A stretch of 64,000 nt of DNA from Gemmatimonadota bacterium (GCA_041497135.1 JBGQFX010000007.1:15119-79118); one strand, 5' to 3'; numbered from the stretch's first letter, positions 46,941 through 56,691 are shown. Numbers and translations: made by a program. Notes: a model not told the origin generated them from the sequence alone.

Positions 46941-46953
46941 TGAGCGAATACCG

Positions 46954-48792
46954 CTACCTCAGCACCTCCAGCGCCACCTCGACCTTCCCAAACGGCGCGC
47001 TGACCTGCACCCCTTGGACCGCGCTCCGGACGCCGGCCAGCATCTCCCGCGCGATCCGCACGCCTTCGGCCAAGGCGGCCTCTTTTCCCTTTTCCTGGGC
47101 GGCTCGCATCCGCGTCAACACCGCATCGGGCACCGATACCCCGGGCACTTCGTTGGCCAGGAACTCGGCATTGCGCAGCGACAGCAGCGGCCAAATTCCC
47201 GCCACGATGGGAATGCGATAGGACTCAACCCGCTTCAAGAACGTCTCGAGCTGCGCCGGATCGAACACCGGCTGGGTCACGGCGAACTCGGCGCCCGCAT
47301 CGACCTTCCAATGGAAGCGTGACAGCTCGCGATCGAGATCGACCGCCGCCGGATTCACCCCGACCCCGATCACCCACTTGGTCGGCGCACCGATCGGATT
47401 GTTGCCCGGATCGAGTCCGTGGTTCAACCGGTACACGAGGTTGGTGAGCCCGATCGAATCGATGTCGAATACCGCGGTTGAGTCGGGGTAGGGCCCCATC
47501 TTGGGCGGATCGCCGGTAATCACCAGGATGTTCCGCAATCCCGCCGCCGCGGCGCCTAAGATGTCGGACAGCATGCCCAGCAGGTTGCGGTCGCGGCAGC
47601 AATAGTGGATCACCGTCTCGAGCCCCACCTCGCGCTCGATCATCATCGCCGACGGCAGCACGCCCATCCGGCTCTGCGCGCGCGGGCCGTCGGGAACGTT
47701 CACGGCATCCACGCCCGCCGCTTTGAGGGCGCGGCATTGGGCGAGCATCGGCTCGGGGTTCACCCCCTTGGGCGGCACGATCTCGACGCTGGTGACGAAC
47801 TCGCCCGCCGCCAGCTTCTTCCCCCAGCGCGACCGCTCGCCGAGGGGAATCTCGGCGACTCCGCCCGTGGTCGCGGCGACCGCCTCACGCGAGACCACGA
47901 CGCTCGGCTGGCGCGGCGCCACGCTCGTCAGGTAGTCGCGCATCTTGCGGATGTGCTCGGGGGTGGAGCCGCAGCACCCGCCGACGAACCGCGCCCCGGC
48001 CTCGACCATGCGGCGCGCGTAGCTCGCCATGTACTCGGGACTCGCCAGGTAGATCTTGCGGTCCCCCACGTCCTTGGGGAGCCCGGCATTGGGCTGCGCC
48101 GAGAGCGGGCGGTCGGTGGCTTTCGCCATCCGCTCGATGGCATCGAGCACTCCCGCCGGGCCGACCGAACAATTCACCCCGATCACGTCGGCGCCCCATT
48201 CCGCCAGGCGGCGTGCGAAATCCTCGGGCGCCGTGCCATAGGCGGTGAGTCCATCGGTCCCGATCGTCATCTGTGCTACCACTGGGAGGTCGCAGGCGTC
48301 GCGCACGGCGCGCAGGGCGGCGTGGACCTCTTCGAGGTCGCTGAACGTCTCGAGCACGAACCCGTCCACCCCGCCCGCGAGCAGACCGTTCACCTGGCGC
48401 CGGAACTGATCGCGCGCCTCGTCGCGGGACGTCGGGCCGAACGGCTCGAGGCGCAGGCCGAGCGGGCCGATCGCTCCGACGACCGAGGCGCGGCCGCCGG
48501 CCGCGGTGCGCGCCAGCTCCGCGGCGACCTGGTTGATGTGCTCGGTCTGGTCGGCCAATCCATGCGGGCCGAGCTTGATCGGGTTCGCGCCGAAGGTGTT
48601 GGTCTCGAGGATCTCGGCGCCGGCGCGGACGTACTCTTCGTGGACTTCGCGCACCAGGGCCGGCTGCTTCAGCGCCAGCTCGTCATAGCAGACGTTGAGG
48701 AAGAATCCTTTGGCGTACAGCATCGTCCCCATCGCGCCGTCGAACAGATGGACGCGCTGGTCGTCGATGAGGGAGCGTAGCGTAGGGGGCAC
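46954..48792 (-). CDS. Bifunctional homocysteine S-methyltransferase / 5,10-methylenetetrahydrofolate reductase (YitJ-like)
   Basis: GTG start. The N-terminal Hcy-binding domain reads (LFDGAMGTMLY...ETNTFGAN...GGCCGSTPEHI). The C-terminal half is MTHFR-like (…HYCCRDRN…ITGDPP…). Confidence 0.85.
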   Translation of the reverse strand: MPPTLRSLIDDQRVHLFDGAMGTMLYAKGFFLNVCYDELALKQPALVREVHEEYVRAGAEILETNTFGANPIKLGPHGLADQTEHINQVAAELARTAAGGRASVVGAIGPLGLRLEPFGPTSRDEARDQFRRQVNGLLAGGVDGFVLETFSDLEEVHAALRAVRDACDLPVVAQMTIGTDGLTAYGTAPEDFARRLAEWGADVIGVNCSVGPAGVLDAIERMAKATDRPLSAQPNAGLPKDVGDRKIYLASPEYMASYARRMVEAGARFVGGCCGSTPEHIRKMRDYLTSVAPRQPSVVVSREAVAATTGGVAEIPLGERSRWGKKLAAGEFVTSVEIVPPKGVNPEPMLAQCRALKAAGVDAVNVPDGPRAQSRMGVLPSAMMIEREVGLETVIHYCCRDRNLLGMLSDILGAAAAGLRNILVITGDPPKMGPYPDSTAVFDIDSIGLTNLVYRLNHGLDPGNNPIGAPTKWVIGVGVNPAAVDLDRELSRFHWKVDAGAEFAVTQPVFDPAQLETFLKRVESYRIPIVAGIWPLLSLRNAEFLANEVPGVSVPDAVLTRMRAAQEKGKEAALAEGVRIAREMLAGVRSAVQGVQVSAPFGKVEVALEVLR

Positions 48793-48840
48793 GGGACCCG
48801 GAATCTACACGGGTCGTGCGTCGGCCACACTCCCACCCGT

Positions 48841-50988
48841 TCAAAACGTCACGCTGTACGTGAGGAACACACTCCGGCCGGGTTCCGGTCGGAAGAAGCT
48901 GACGTTTGCGAATTCGGCGTACAGGGCGTTCGACAAGTTCGTGATCCCGATGCCGAGCCGCTGGGTCCGCAGCCCGTTCCGAGCGATGACGACGCCCGCC
49001 CGTACCGAGTGGACGAGGAACCCCGGCAACGTGGCGCCGACGGGATTGGTGGCGGACAAAACGTCCGTGCGGTCTCCGTTGCCGCGCAGCTCGTATTCGG
49101 CGTACAGCCGGTCGCGCGGGTGGTCGTAACGGATCGTGCCGCGGTAGCTGCTCGAGTAGGAGTTGCCGACGGGGATCTGGGGGTCGAGGACGTTCTTCGA
49201 ATTGAGCCAGGTGGCACCTGCCCCGAGCGAGAACCCGGCGTTCAGGCGCAGCTGCCCGTTCAGCTCGATCCCACGAAACCGCAGCTTCTGCACGTTCACA
49301 TCGCGGTATTCCGCCAGTCGCTGCACAGAATCGCCCGTCGGAGCGATGTGGATGCCATCGCGGATGCTGTTTTGGAATACGAACAGCTCGGCGTTGGCGC
49401 GCACCGTCCGCACGCGGACGCCCAAATCCACGTTCAGGCTCGTCTCGGGCTTGAGATTGGGATTGGGCGACTGATACCCGAATCCCTCAGGAGTCGGCCC
49501 GTTGAAGAAGCGCTCCACCAGGTTCGGTGAGCGGAACGCCCGGCCCACCGTGCCGACCACGCTGACGGCATCGGCCACGCGTACTACCGCGCTCGCCGCG
49601 CCGACCACGGTCTGGTCGGTTGAGTTCTCCACCGGTCCCGTGTAGCCGGGGGTGGCTCGGGTGGCGGCGTTGACGTGCTGGTAGCGTGCCCCGAACAGCA
49701 GCGACAGCCGCGGCAGAACGCGCCAATCGCTCTGCGCGAATACGCCGATGCTGCGATAGGTGGCGTTGGGGACCTGGGGCACGATGCTGGTCGAGGGCGG
49801 TATCGGCCCCATGTTCACGAACGTGGTCGCGTTCGAGTCGGAGTTGGTCGAGCGATCGTGAAAGTAATCGATCCCATACGTGAAGGTGACGCGCTCCCCG
49901 ATCAGCTTGCTCAGCTCACCGCGGAAACCATACGTCACGAGGTCGGTGCGATTTGTCTGAGCGATGTCGATCATCGATCCGGGGCCCGTGGGAATGATGA
50001 TCCCGAAGTCGAGGAGGCGGTCGTTTTCCTGACGGTACACCGTGGCTTCGGCCCGGTCGGCGAAGGGCAGAGTCAAGGCGGCCGCGCGAACGCCCGCGGA
50101 GAGCTTGCTGAACACTTGCCAGGGATAGAGGATCCGGATGGTCGGGTCGCCGGGAGCATACGCCGCCGGGTCCACGTAGCCGAATCCGGCGGTGTCGGCG
50201 CGATAGCGCTCATAGCGGGCGAACAGCTCGCGTCCTTCTCCCAGACGGTAGCCGAGATACGCGTCCGCGCTCCAATCCCGCCCTCGCGTGTCGCGCACCG
50301 GGGTGTCGCCTGCGAGCCTGATCTTGCCATAGTCGCCTCCCGGCCCCTTGTAATCATCGGCGCCGCGCACGGCGCCGCCGAGCAACAATCCCCACCGACC
50401 GAAGCGGCCATTGGCGGTGGCGAAGAGCCGTCGCTGCGCGTCGGCGGAGCTGTAGCGCGCTCCGGCGTCCCCGTGCAGCCCCGCGAGCTCCGGGGTGCGG
50501 GTGATCACATTGATCACGCCGCCGATCGCATCGGAGCCATAGAGCACCGAGGCGGGCCCGCGCACCACTTCGACACGCTCGATCGCGGACACGTCGAGCA
50601 GCCCGGGAATTTCCCCGAAGTCCTGCTGGCGGCGGGAGTTGTTGAGCCGCTGGCCATCGGCCAGGAGCAGGATGCGCTGGCCGAGCTGTCCGCGGATCAC
50701 CGGCCGCACCTGACTCAGGCCGACGCCGGTCACGTCGAGACCGGCCTGCCCGCGAAACAGATCCGTCAGCGTATTGGGCGCCCTGGCGCGGATGTCGGAC
50801 CGGTCGAACACATTCACTGGCGCCGGGGTCAGAAAGACTTCTTTGGGAGACCGTGTCGCGGTCACCACGACGGGCTTGAGGATCACCGTGTCCCGGACAT
50901 GGGTGGAGTCCGAGGCGCTTTGTTGTGCTGCGGCGAGAGCCGGAGCGGCCACCCAGGCGGCGAGGGCTGCGAGCGAGAGTCGTGGCAT
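48841..50988 (-). CDS. TonB-dependent outer-membrane receptor
   Basis: Signal peptide; TonB box/plug region (DTVILKPVVVTATR...NTLTDLFRGQAGLDV...IRGQ...R..LLADG); a long beta-barrel region; terminal aromatic residue (...LTYSVTF). Confidence 0.9.
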   Translation of the reverse strand: MPRLSLAALAAWVAAPALAAAQQSASDSTHVRDTVILKPVVVTATRSPKEVFLTPAPVNVFDRSDIRARAPNTLTDLFRGQAGLDVTGVGLSQVRPVIRGQLGQRILLLADGQRLNNSRRQQDFGEIPGLLDVSAIERVEVVRGPASVLYGSDAIGGVINVITRTPELAGLHGDAGARYSSADAQRRLFATANGRFGRWGLLLGGAVRGADDYKGPGGDYGKIRLAGDTPVRDTRGRDWSADAYLGYRLGEGRELFARYERYRADTAGFGYVDPAAYAPGDPTIRILYPWQVFSKLSAGVRAAALTLPFADRAEATVYRQENDRLLDFGIIIPTGPGSMIDIAQTNRTDLVTYGFRGELSKLIGERVTFTYGIDYFHDRSTNSDSNATTFVNMGPIPPSTSIVPQVPNATYRSIGVFAQSDWRVLPRLSLLFGARYQHVNAATRATPGYTGPVENSTDQTVVGAASAVVRVADAVSVVGTVGRAFRSPNLVERFFNGPTPEGFGYQSPNPNLKPETSLNVDLGVRVRTVRANAELFVFQNSIRDGIHIAPTGDSVQRLAEYRDVNVQKLRFRGIELNGQLRLNAGFSLGAGATWLNSKNVLDPQIPVGNSYSSSYRGTIRYDHPRDRLYAEYELRGNGDRTDVLSATNPVGATLPGFLVHSVRAGVVIARNGLRTQRLGIGITNLSNALYAEFANVSFFRPEPGRSVFLTYSVTF

Positions 50989-51046
50989 GGGCTCACGCTA
51001 CCCCGGCGCGACGCGTCGCGACATTCGGGGGACTACGGAGTGGTTT

Positions 51047-51700
51047 CTACGGAGGCGGTTCTTCCAGCAGCCGACGCTCGATGGCGAAGCGGGTGAGACC
51101 CGCCACCGTGTGAATGCCCAGCTTCCGCATCAGGCTGTCGCGATGCGTCTCGACCGTGCGAACGCTGATGCCCAACTCGGCCGCTGCCTCGCGATTGGTA
51201 CGCCCGCGGGCCACGCGGAGCAGGACATCGCGCTCCCGCGTCGTCAGGGTCCCCAGTGGGTCGGTGGACGACTGGTCCTGCACGGCGGCCGCCAGGTGCC
51301 GGGCGACGGGGGGACTGAAGAACGAGTCGCCGGCGTGCACCACGCGGATCGCCCGGCGGATATCCGCCGGGCTCGAATCCTTGCGGAGATAGCCGTGGGC
51401 GCCGACCCGCACGCTTTCGAGTACGTACTCCCGGTCGTCGTGCACGCTGAGAATCAGCACGCGCGTGTCCGGCAGCCGCTCGCGCAGCTGACGCACCACC
51501 TCGAGCCCCGAGATCCCCGGCATCGTGAGGTCGAGCAGCACGACGTCGGGGCGTTCGTCCGCCGCACGCTCCAGCGCCTCGGCACCGTTTGCGGCCTCCG
51601 CGACGACGCGGAACCCTTCGGTGCCCTCGAGCACGTGGCGGATCCCTTCACGCACCACGCTGTGGTCATCGACGACCAGGACGCGAATCGGGTCGCTCAC
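51047..51700 (-). CDS. NarL/FixJ-family response regulator (REC plus LuxR-type HTH)
   Basis: The GTG start overlaps the kinase TGA (GTGA). Motifs: VLVVDDHSVVREG...VVLLDLTMPGISG...; C-terminal LTTRERDVLLRVARGRTNREAAAELGISVRTVETH. Confidence 0.9.
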   Translation of the reverse strand: MSDPIRVLVVDDHSVVREGIRHVLEGTEGFRVVAEAANGAEALERAADERPDVVLLDLTMPGISGLEVVRQLRERLPDTRVLILSVHDDREYVLESVRVGAHGYLRKDSSPADIRRAIRVVHAGDSFFSPPVARHLAAAVQDQSSTDPLGTLTTRERDVLLRVARGRTNREAAAELGISVRTVETHRDSLMRKLGIHTVAGLTRFAIERRLLEEPPP

Positions 51701-53445
51701 CCAGCGTCCGTCCCGTCGACGGGGAGCGTCAGCCGGACATTGAGGCCGCCGGTGGGCGGCGCCGCGATCTCGAGCGTGCCGCCGAGCGCGGTAACGCGTT
51801 CCCGCATTCCCGCGAGCCCGAGGTGGCCCTCGCGCTCGGCACGCGCCAGATCAAATCCTGGTGGCAGGCCCCGGCCGTCGTCCGATACCTCGAGCGACAG
51901 CCGCCCGGCGCCGTTGGTGACCCGCACCGATACCCGCGTCGCCGCCGCGTGGCGCGCCACATTGGCCAGCGCCTCCTGCATCGCCCGAAACAGCGCGAGC
52001 TCGGCGCGCTCGCGGAGCGGGGGGACCTCGAGCGGCGCCTCGATGGCCGCGGGGATCCCGGTCCGCGCCGTGAACGCCTCGGCCAATGACCGCAGCGCGG
52101 GCACCAGGCCCAAGTCGTCCAGCAGGGCCGGGCGCAGCTGCTCGGTCACACGGCGAATGCTCTGCATGCCTGTGTCGATCAGGTCGACCGCGCGTGCCAG
52201 GCGGCCGCCGAGCGCGGGATCGAGCCGCTCGGCCAGCAGGCCGAGCTCCAGCTTTACCGCTGCCAGAACCTGCGCCGTCTCGTCGTGCAGCTCCAGCGAC
52301 AGCCGTCGCCGCTCCGCTTCCTGCTGCTCCACCATCATCGCCGAGAGTTGCGTCAGCCGTCGGTACAGGTCGGCGTTCTCCAGTGCCGCGCCGATCTGGC
52401 TCCCCAACGCCCGGAGGAATGTTTCATCGAGGGCGGTGAACGGGTCCCGCGCGTCTCCGACCAGCACCAGGACCCCCGTGGCCCGCTCGCCGCGCAGGAT
52501 CGGCAATAGCGCCGCGTAGGAGTAGCGGCGCGGCACGCCGGGGCGCGGGTCCGGCCAGTCGCGCCGAAACCCCGGCCGGCCGGTCGCGATCGCATCCGCC
52601 GCCGCGCCGGCGACGTGTGGCGGTACGGCGAGCCCCGCCCAGGCGACGCACGCCCCGGCGCCGGCGAGATAGCGGGGTTGGTCGTCGGTGAGAGCGATCA
52701 TGGCGCTGCCGCTGACCGCGGGCAGCGCGAGCGGTCGCTCGAGCAGGGTCGCGAGTCCGTCGCCGGCGCTGCGTTGCGGCTGGAGGTCGCCCGACAGGGC
52801 GGACAATGCCGCGAGGCCGCGCCGCAGCTCATCCTGGACCAGCACCAGGATCCCGGCGCCCGTCGCCAGCAGAAACAGAATGTCGAGGTAGTAGCCCCAC
52901 GGGCTCCAGGCCCCGCGCGCGCGCAGGAACGGATAGTCGAGGTGGTGCAGACCCCACGCGAGCAAGGCCGTGGAGAGCAACGCCGCCCCCGTCGCGCGGA
53001 CCCGGCGGTAGTAGAGGAAGAAGGTGCCGCCCGTCCACAGGGTGACGAGGCTGAGGAACAGTACCGCCGGCCCGGACGCCAGCAGGAAATCGTCCAGCCG
53101 GTAGATCGCCACATAGGACCAGACCGGCGGGAATGCGAGCAGCGTGGCGTAGCGCCAGCGCCATACGAGCTGGCGGGAGAAGACCAGCGCGGCCCACAGC
53201 AGCGCGAGTCCGGTCCAACCCGTCAGTACCTGGTGCCAGTACAACCAGATCCACTGTTGCGAGGCGAGGAAGCTCGCGATGGCGCCGACGCGCAGCAGGT
53301 ACAACAGCCAGGCCAGAGCCCACCACCCGAGGTACGGCTTGTGGTAGCGGCGGTACAGGAAGCCGCACAGCAGCGCGAGCCCCAGAGTGATGGCGGCCAG
53401 CAGCATCGCTGCGTGGAGCTCGATCCCGGTTGCCTGGCTCTTCAC
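51697..53445 (-). CDS. Sensor histidine kinase with a polytopic (about 7 TM) N-terminal region, a GAF-like domain, HisKA_3 and HATPase
   Basis: C-terminal ~580 codons of ORF 51697-54342. The start is either GTG 53445 or ATG 53406. It has multiple hydrophobic helices (LLAAITLGLALLCGFLY, WWALAWLLYLL...), the H-box ERRRLSLELHDETAQ, and the motifs EALANVARHA and DDGRGL. Confidence 0.82.
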   Translation of the reverse strand: MKSQATGIELHAAMLLAAITLGLALLCGFLYRRYHKPYLGWWALAWLLYLLRVGAIASFLASQQWIWLYWHQVLTGWTGLALLWAALVFSRQLVWRWRYATLLAFPPVWSYVAIYRLDDFLLASGPAVLFLSLVTLWTGGTFFLYYRRVRATGAALLSTALLAWGLHHLDYPFLRARGAWSPWGYYLDILFLLATGAGILVLVQDELRRGLAALSALSGDLQPQRSAGDGLATLLERPLALPAVSGSAMIALTDDQPRYLAGAGACVAWAGLAVPPHVAGAAADAIATGRPGFRRDWPDPRPGVPRRYSYAALLPILRGERATGVLVLVGDARDPFTALDETFLRALGSQIGAALENADLYRRLTQLSAMMVEQQEAERRRLSLELHDETAQVLAAVKLELGLLAERLDPALGGRLARAVDLIDTGMQSIRRVTEQLRPALLDDLGLVPALRSLAEAFTARTGIPAAIEAPLEVPPLRERAELALFRAMQEALANVARHAAATRVSVRVTNGAGRLSLEVSDDGRGLPPGFDLARAEREGHLGLAGMRERVTALGGTLEIAAPPTGGLNVRLTLPVDGTDAG

Positions 53446-53496
53446 CTGGTCCACGGCTTCGAATCTACACGGCGGTCCGGGCGTTATGTTTTGTCC

Positions 53497-54333
53497 ATGC
53501 CCGACCTCGCTCCGCTGCACCCCCAGATCGTCCACTTCGTCATTGTCCTCTGCCTCGTGGGGGTGGCGTTCCGCTGGCTGTCGCTCACGAACAAGGTCCC
53601 GTTTGCGGGGCCGGCGGCGACGACGCTGCTGTTGCTCGGGGCGGTGGCGGCCTGGCTCGCCGTGTCCTCCGGGACGGCGGCGCACCAACCCGTCGAGAGC
53701 ATTCCGGGGGTCGGTGCGGCGGTCCGAGCCCACGAGGACTGGGGGGAACGGGCGCGCACGGTGCTGCTCGTCATCGCGGCGATCGAGCTCGCCGGTCTCC
53801 TGCTCGCGAAACTCCCGACGTTCCGGCGCTGGGTGCACATCGTCTCGGCGGTGGTCGGCCTGCTGGGCGCCGGCGCGGTGTTCGAGGCCGGGCAGAAGGG
53901 CGGGGAGCTCGTGTACTCCTACGCCGGCGGCCCGGGGCTGCGCACGGGCGATACCGCCGACATCGCTCGTCTGTTCACCGCGGGCGCCTACGAGCAGGCC
54001 CTGGTCGACCGCGCGCGCCATCAACCCGCCGCCGCGGCCGAGCTGATCGATGGGTTGGCGCGCCGCTGGCCGGGAGACACGGCTATCGAGCTGTTGCGCA
54101 TCGAATCGCTGCTCAAGGATCGTCAGGACGCCGCCGGCGCTCTCGCGGCGCTCAATAGCCTGCACCTGTCCGCCGAGAACCCGCGATTGCAGGTTCGCGC
54201 CGGCCTGCTGACGGTGGATGCCTACGTCGCCACCGGCCAGGCCGATTCGGCGCGTGCCGTACTGCGGCGCCTCGTGACGCAGTTCCCCATGTCCCAGCGC
54301 CTCAAGGATCGCCTGGCCCAGCTCGGCGGCTGA
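53497..54333 (+). CDS. DUF2231-like membrane protein with a C-terminal TPR-like soluble extension
   Basis: ATG 53497 within ORF 52615-54333. The N-terminus is MPDLAPLHPQIVHFVIVL (the LHP..VHFPI-type start of DUF2231). It has four predicted helices followed by a helical Ala/Leu-rich tail. Confidence 0.68.
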   Translation: MPDLAPLHPQIVHFVIVLCLVGVAFRWLSLTNKVPFAGPAATTLLLLGAVAAWLAVSSGTAAHQPVESIPGVGAAVRAHEDWGERARTVLLVIAAIELAGLLLAKLPTFRRWVHIVSAVVGLLGAGAVFEAGQKGGELVYSYAGGPGLRTGDTADIARLFTAGAYEQALVDRARHQPAAAAELIDGLARRWPGDTAIELLRIESLLKDRQDAAGALAALNSLHLSAENPRLQVRAGLLTVDAYVATGQADSARAVLRRLVTQFPMSQRLKDRLAQLGG

Positions 54334-54340
54334 TCTCACC

Positions 54341-55666
54341 ATGAGCGACCTCCTCGCCGCCCGGTTCCAGATGGGGATGTCGCTCGCCTTTCACATCGTG
54401 TTCGCAGGTGTAGGCATCGCCATGCCCGTGCTGATGGTCGTGGCTGAATGGCGCTGGCACCGCACCCGCGATCCGGTCTACCTCGATCTCGCCAAGCGCT
54501 GGGCCCGCGGCACCGCGATCCTGTTCGCGGTCGGCGCCGTGTCGGGAACGGTGCTGTCGTTCGAGCTGGGGCTCTTGTGGCCCGGCTTCATGCGCTTCGC
54601 CGGTTCCATCATCGGCATGCCGTTCTCGCTCGAAGGATTCGCGTTCTTCACCGAGGCGATCTTCCTCGGCGTCTATCTCTACGGCTGGGAGCGCGTTTCT
54701 CCACGCGCGCACCGGTTCGCCGGCGTGATGGTCGCCGTGAGCGGCGCGTTGTCCGGCGTATTCGTGGTGATCGCCAATGCCTGGATGAACGCCCCGACCG
54801 GCTTCGACCTCGTCAACGGGCAGGCCGTGAACGTCCGGCCCCTGGCGGCGATGGCCAACGCGGCCACGCTGCCGCAGGTGATCCACATGACGCTGGCCGC
54901 GTACGCGGCGACGGGGTTCGCCGTCGCCGGGATCCACGCCTGGTTGATGCTGCGGGGGCGCAGTGCCGCCTTTCACCGGCATGCGCTCAGGATCGCGTTG
55001 CTGGTCGGTGCGCCGGCCGCGATTCTGCAGCCGTTCTCCGGCCACTATGCGGCGGCGCACGTCGCGCGCCACCAGCCGGCCAAGCTCGCCGCGATGGAGG
55101 CGCTGTTCGAAACGCGCGCTGGCGCGCCGATCACCCTGGGCGGCTGGCCGGACATGGAGGCGCGCCGCACCCGCTTTGGGATCGAGGTGCCCTACGTACT
55201 GTCGCTGCTCGCCTTCGACGACCCTCGCGCGACGGTGCCGGGACTCGAGACCGTGCCGCGTGCCGACTGGCCCAATGTCCCCCTGGTGCACTGGTCATTC
55301 CAGCTGATGGTCGGTCTTGGCACCTACATGGCCTTCGTGGGCGCGTGGGGGATGTGGCTGGTGCGAAAGAGGAGCGAGTTGTTCGCCCGGCGACGTTTCC
55401 TGGCTGTGGTCGCGATCGCGACCCCGATGGGATTCCTGGCGACCGAGGGCGGCTGGATGGTGACCGAGCTGGGCCGCCAGCCGTGGGTGATCTACGGGGT
55501 GATGCGCACCGCGGACGCCGTGACGCCGATGCCGGGCCAGATGTTCCGTACCGGGGTGTTCGCGCTGATCTACGTCTTCCTCGCCGTGGTGGTGACGGTG
55601 CTCCTGTCGCGGCAGATCGTCCGCAGCCCGATGTACACGGGCGAGTTTCCGAGCCCGACTCCATGA
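54341..55666 (+). CDS. cydA: Cytochrome bd ubiquinol oxidase subunit I
   Basis: Motifs: LLAARFQMGMSLAFHIVFAGVGIAMP...WRW...DP.Y... and ...GWMVTELGRQPWVIYGVMRT, the CydA signature. Confidence 0.95.
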   Translation: MSDLLAARFQMGMSLAFHIVFAGVGIAMPVLMVVAEWRWHRTRDPVYLDLAKRWARGTAILFAVGAVSGTVLSFELGLLWPGFMRFAGSIIGMPFSLEGFAFFTEAIFLGVYLYGWERVSPRAHRFAGVMVAVSGALSGVFVVIANAWMNAPTGFDLVNGQAVNVRPLAAMANAATLPQVIHMTLAAYAATGFAVAGIHAWLMLRGRSAAFHRHALRIALLVGAPAAILQPFSGHYAAAHVARHQPAKLAAMEALFETRAGAPITLGGWPDMEARRTRFGIEVPYVLSLLAFDDPRATVPGLETVPRADWPNVPLVHWSFQLMVGLGTYMAFVGAWGMWLVRKRSELFARRRFLAVVAIATPMGFLATEGGWMVTELGRQPWVIYGVMRTADAVTPMPGQMFRTGVFALIYVFLAVVVTVLLSRQIVRSPMYTGEFPSPTP

Positions 55667-56691
55667 CCGCCGCGATCATCGCCGGGATTCTGGTGGCGGC
55701 GCTCAACGCCTACGTGCTGCTGGGCGGCGCGGATTTTGGCGGCGGCGTGTGGGATCTACTCGCCCGGGGCCCACGCAAGGCCGCGCAACGCGACCTGGTG
55801 GCTCACGCCATCGGACCGGTGTGGGAGGCGAACCACGTGTGGCTGATCCTGGCCATCGTGCTGTTGTTCACGTGCTTTCCTCCCGCGTTCGCCAGGCTCG
55901 CGGTGACGCTCAACCTTCCGCTGACCGGCGTGCTCGTGGGGATCGTGCTGCGCGGCTCGGCGTTCGCGTTTCGCGGGTACGGGGGCGATCGGGACGTGGT
56001 GCAGCGCCGCTGGGGGCGCGTGTTCGCGATCGCGAGCCTCGTGACACCGATTCTGCTCGGCATGGCCCTCGGGGCGATCGCCACGGGGAACCTCGGGGAA
56101 GGGGGAAGCGGGAAGGGGGAAGGGTTTTATGCCGGCTACGTCGGCACGTGGCTGACACCGTTCGCGTTCGCGGTGGGACTGTTCACGCTCGCGTGCTTCG
56201 CGCTGCTCGCCGCGGTGTACCTGACGCTCGAGGCAGAAGACGAGTCGCTGCGCCGGGACTTCCGCGTCCGGGCGCTGGGCGCGGGACTGGCGGTGTTTGT
56301 GACGGCGGGACTCGCCTTATGGCTCGCCGGGCAGGGCGCGCCGCTGATGCGGGAAGGGCTCATGCGCTCGCGGTGGGCGCTGCCATTCCAGATCGCCACC
56401 GGTCTGGCCGCCGTCGTGGCGTTGACCGCGCTCTGGAGGGGTCGCTACGCGCTGGCGCGCGTCGCGGCGGCGGCGCAGGTCTCACTGATCCTCTGGGGCT
56501 GGGCGGTGAGCCAGTTCCCCTACCTCGTGCCGCCCGACCTCACGATTGCCGCCGCTGCGGCGCCGGCCACCACGTTACGGCTCGTGGGCATTGCGCTGGC
56601 CGCCGGCGCGGTCGTTCTGATCCCGTCGCTCGCGTATCTGTTCCGGGTGTTCAAAGGCAGCGATCAGCGTTCAGCTGTCAGCCACCAGTAG
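55663..56691 (+). CDS. cydB: Cytochrome bd ubiquinol oxidase subunit II
   Basis: ATG 55663 overlaps the cydA TGA (ATGA). Motifs: ...LLGGADFGGGVWDLL...GPVWEANHVWLI..., typical of CydB. 342 aa and polytopic. Confidence 0.9.
   Translation: MTAAIIAGILVAALNAYVLLGGADFGGGVWDLLARGPRKAAQRDLVAHAIGPVWEANHVWLILAIVLLFTCFPPAFARLAVTLNLPLTGVLVGIVLRGSAFAFRGYGGDRDVVQRRWGRVFAIASLVTPILLGMALGAIATGNLGEGGSGKGEGFYAGYVGTWLTPFAFAVGLFTLACFALLAAVYLTLEAEDESLRRDFRVRALGAGLAVFVTAGLALWLAGQGAPLMREGLMRSRWALPFQIATGLAAVVALTALWRGRYALARVAAAAQVSLILWGWAVSQFPYLVPPDLTIAAAAAPATTLRLVGIALAAGAVVLIPSLAYLFRVFKGSDQRSAVSHQ

Noticed and set aside
46809-46953. A possible c-di-AMP (ydaO/kimA-type) riboswitch in the kdp leader.
   Set aside because: The region is short, and I could not recognise the pseudo-symmetric ACGGGGA/CCCA-type conserved cores. 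The structures present are two simple hairpins. Infernal with the Rfam model would settle it.
50989-51046. A cobalamin or SAM riboswitch upstream of the TonB receptor / methionine-cycle operon (also considered for 48793-48840).
   Set aside because: Spacers of 58 and 48 nt are far too short for either riboswitch class.
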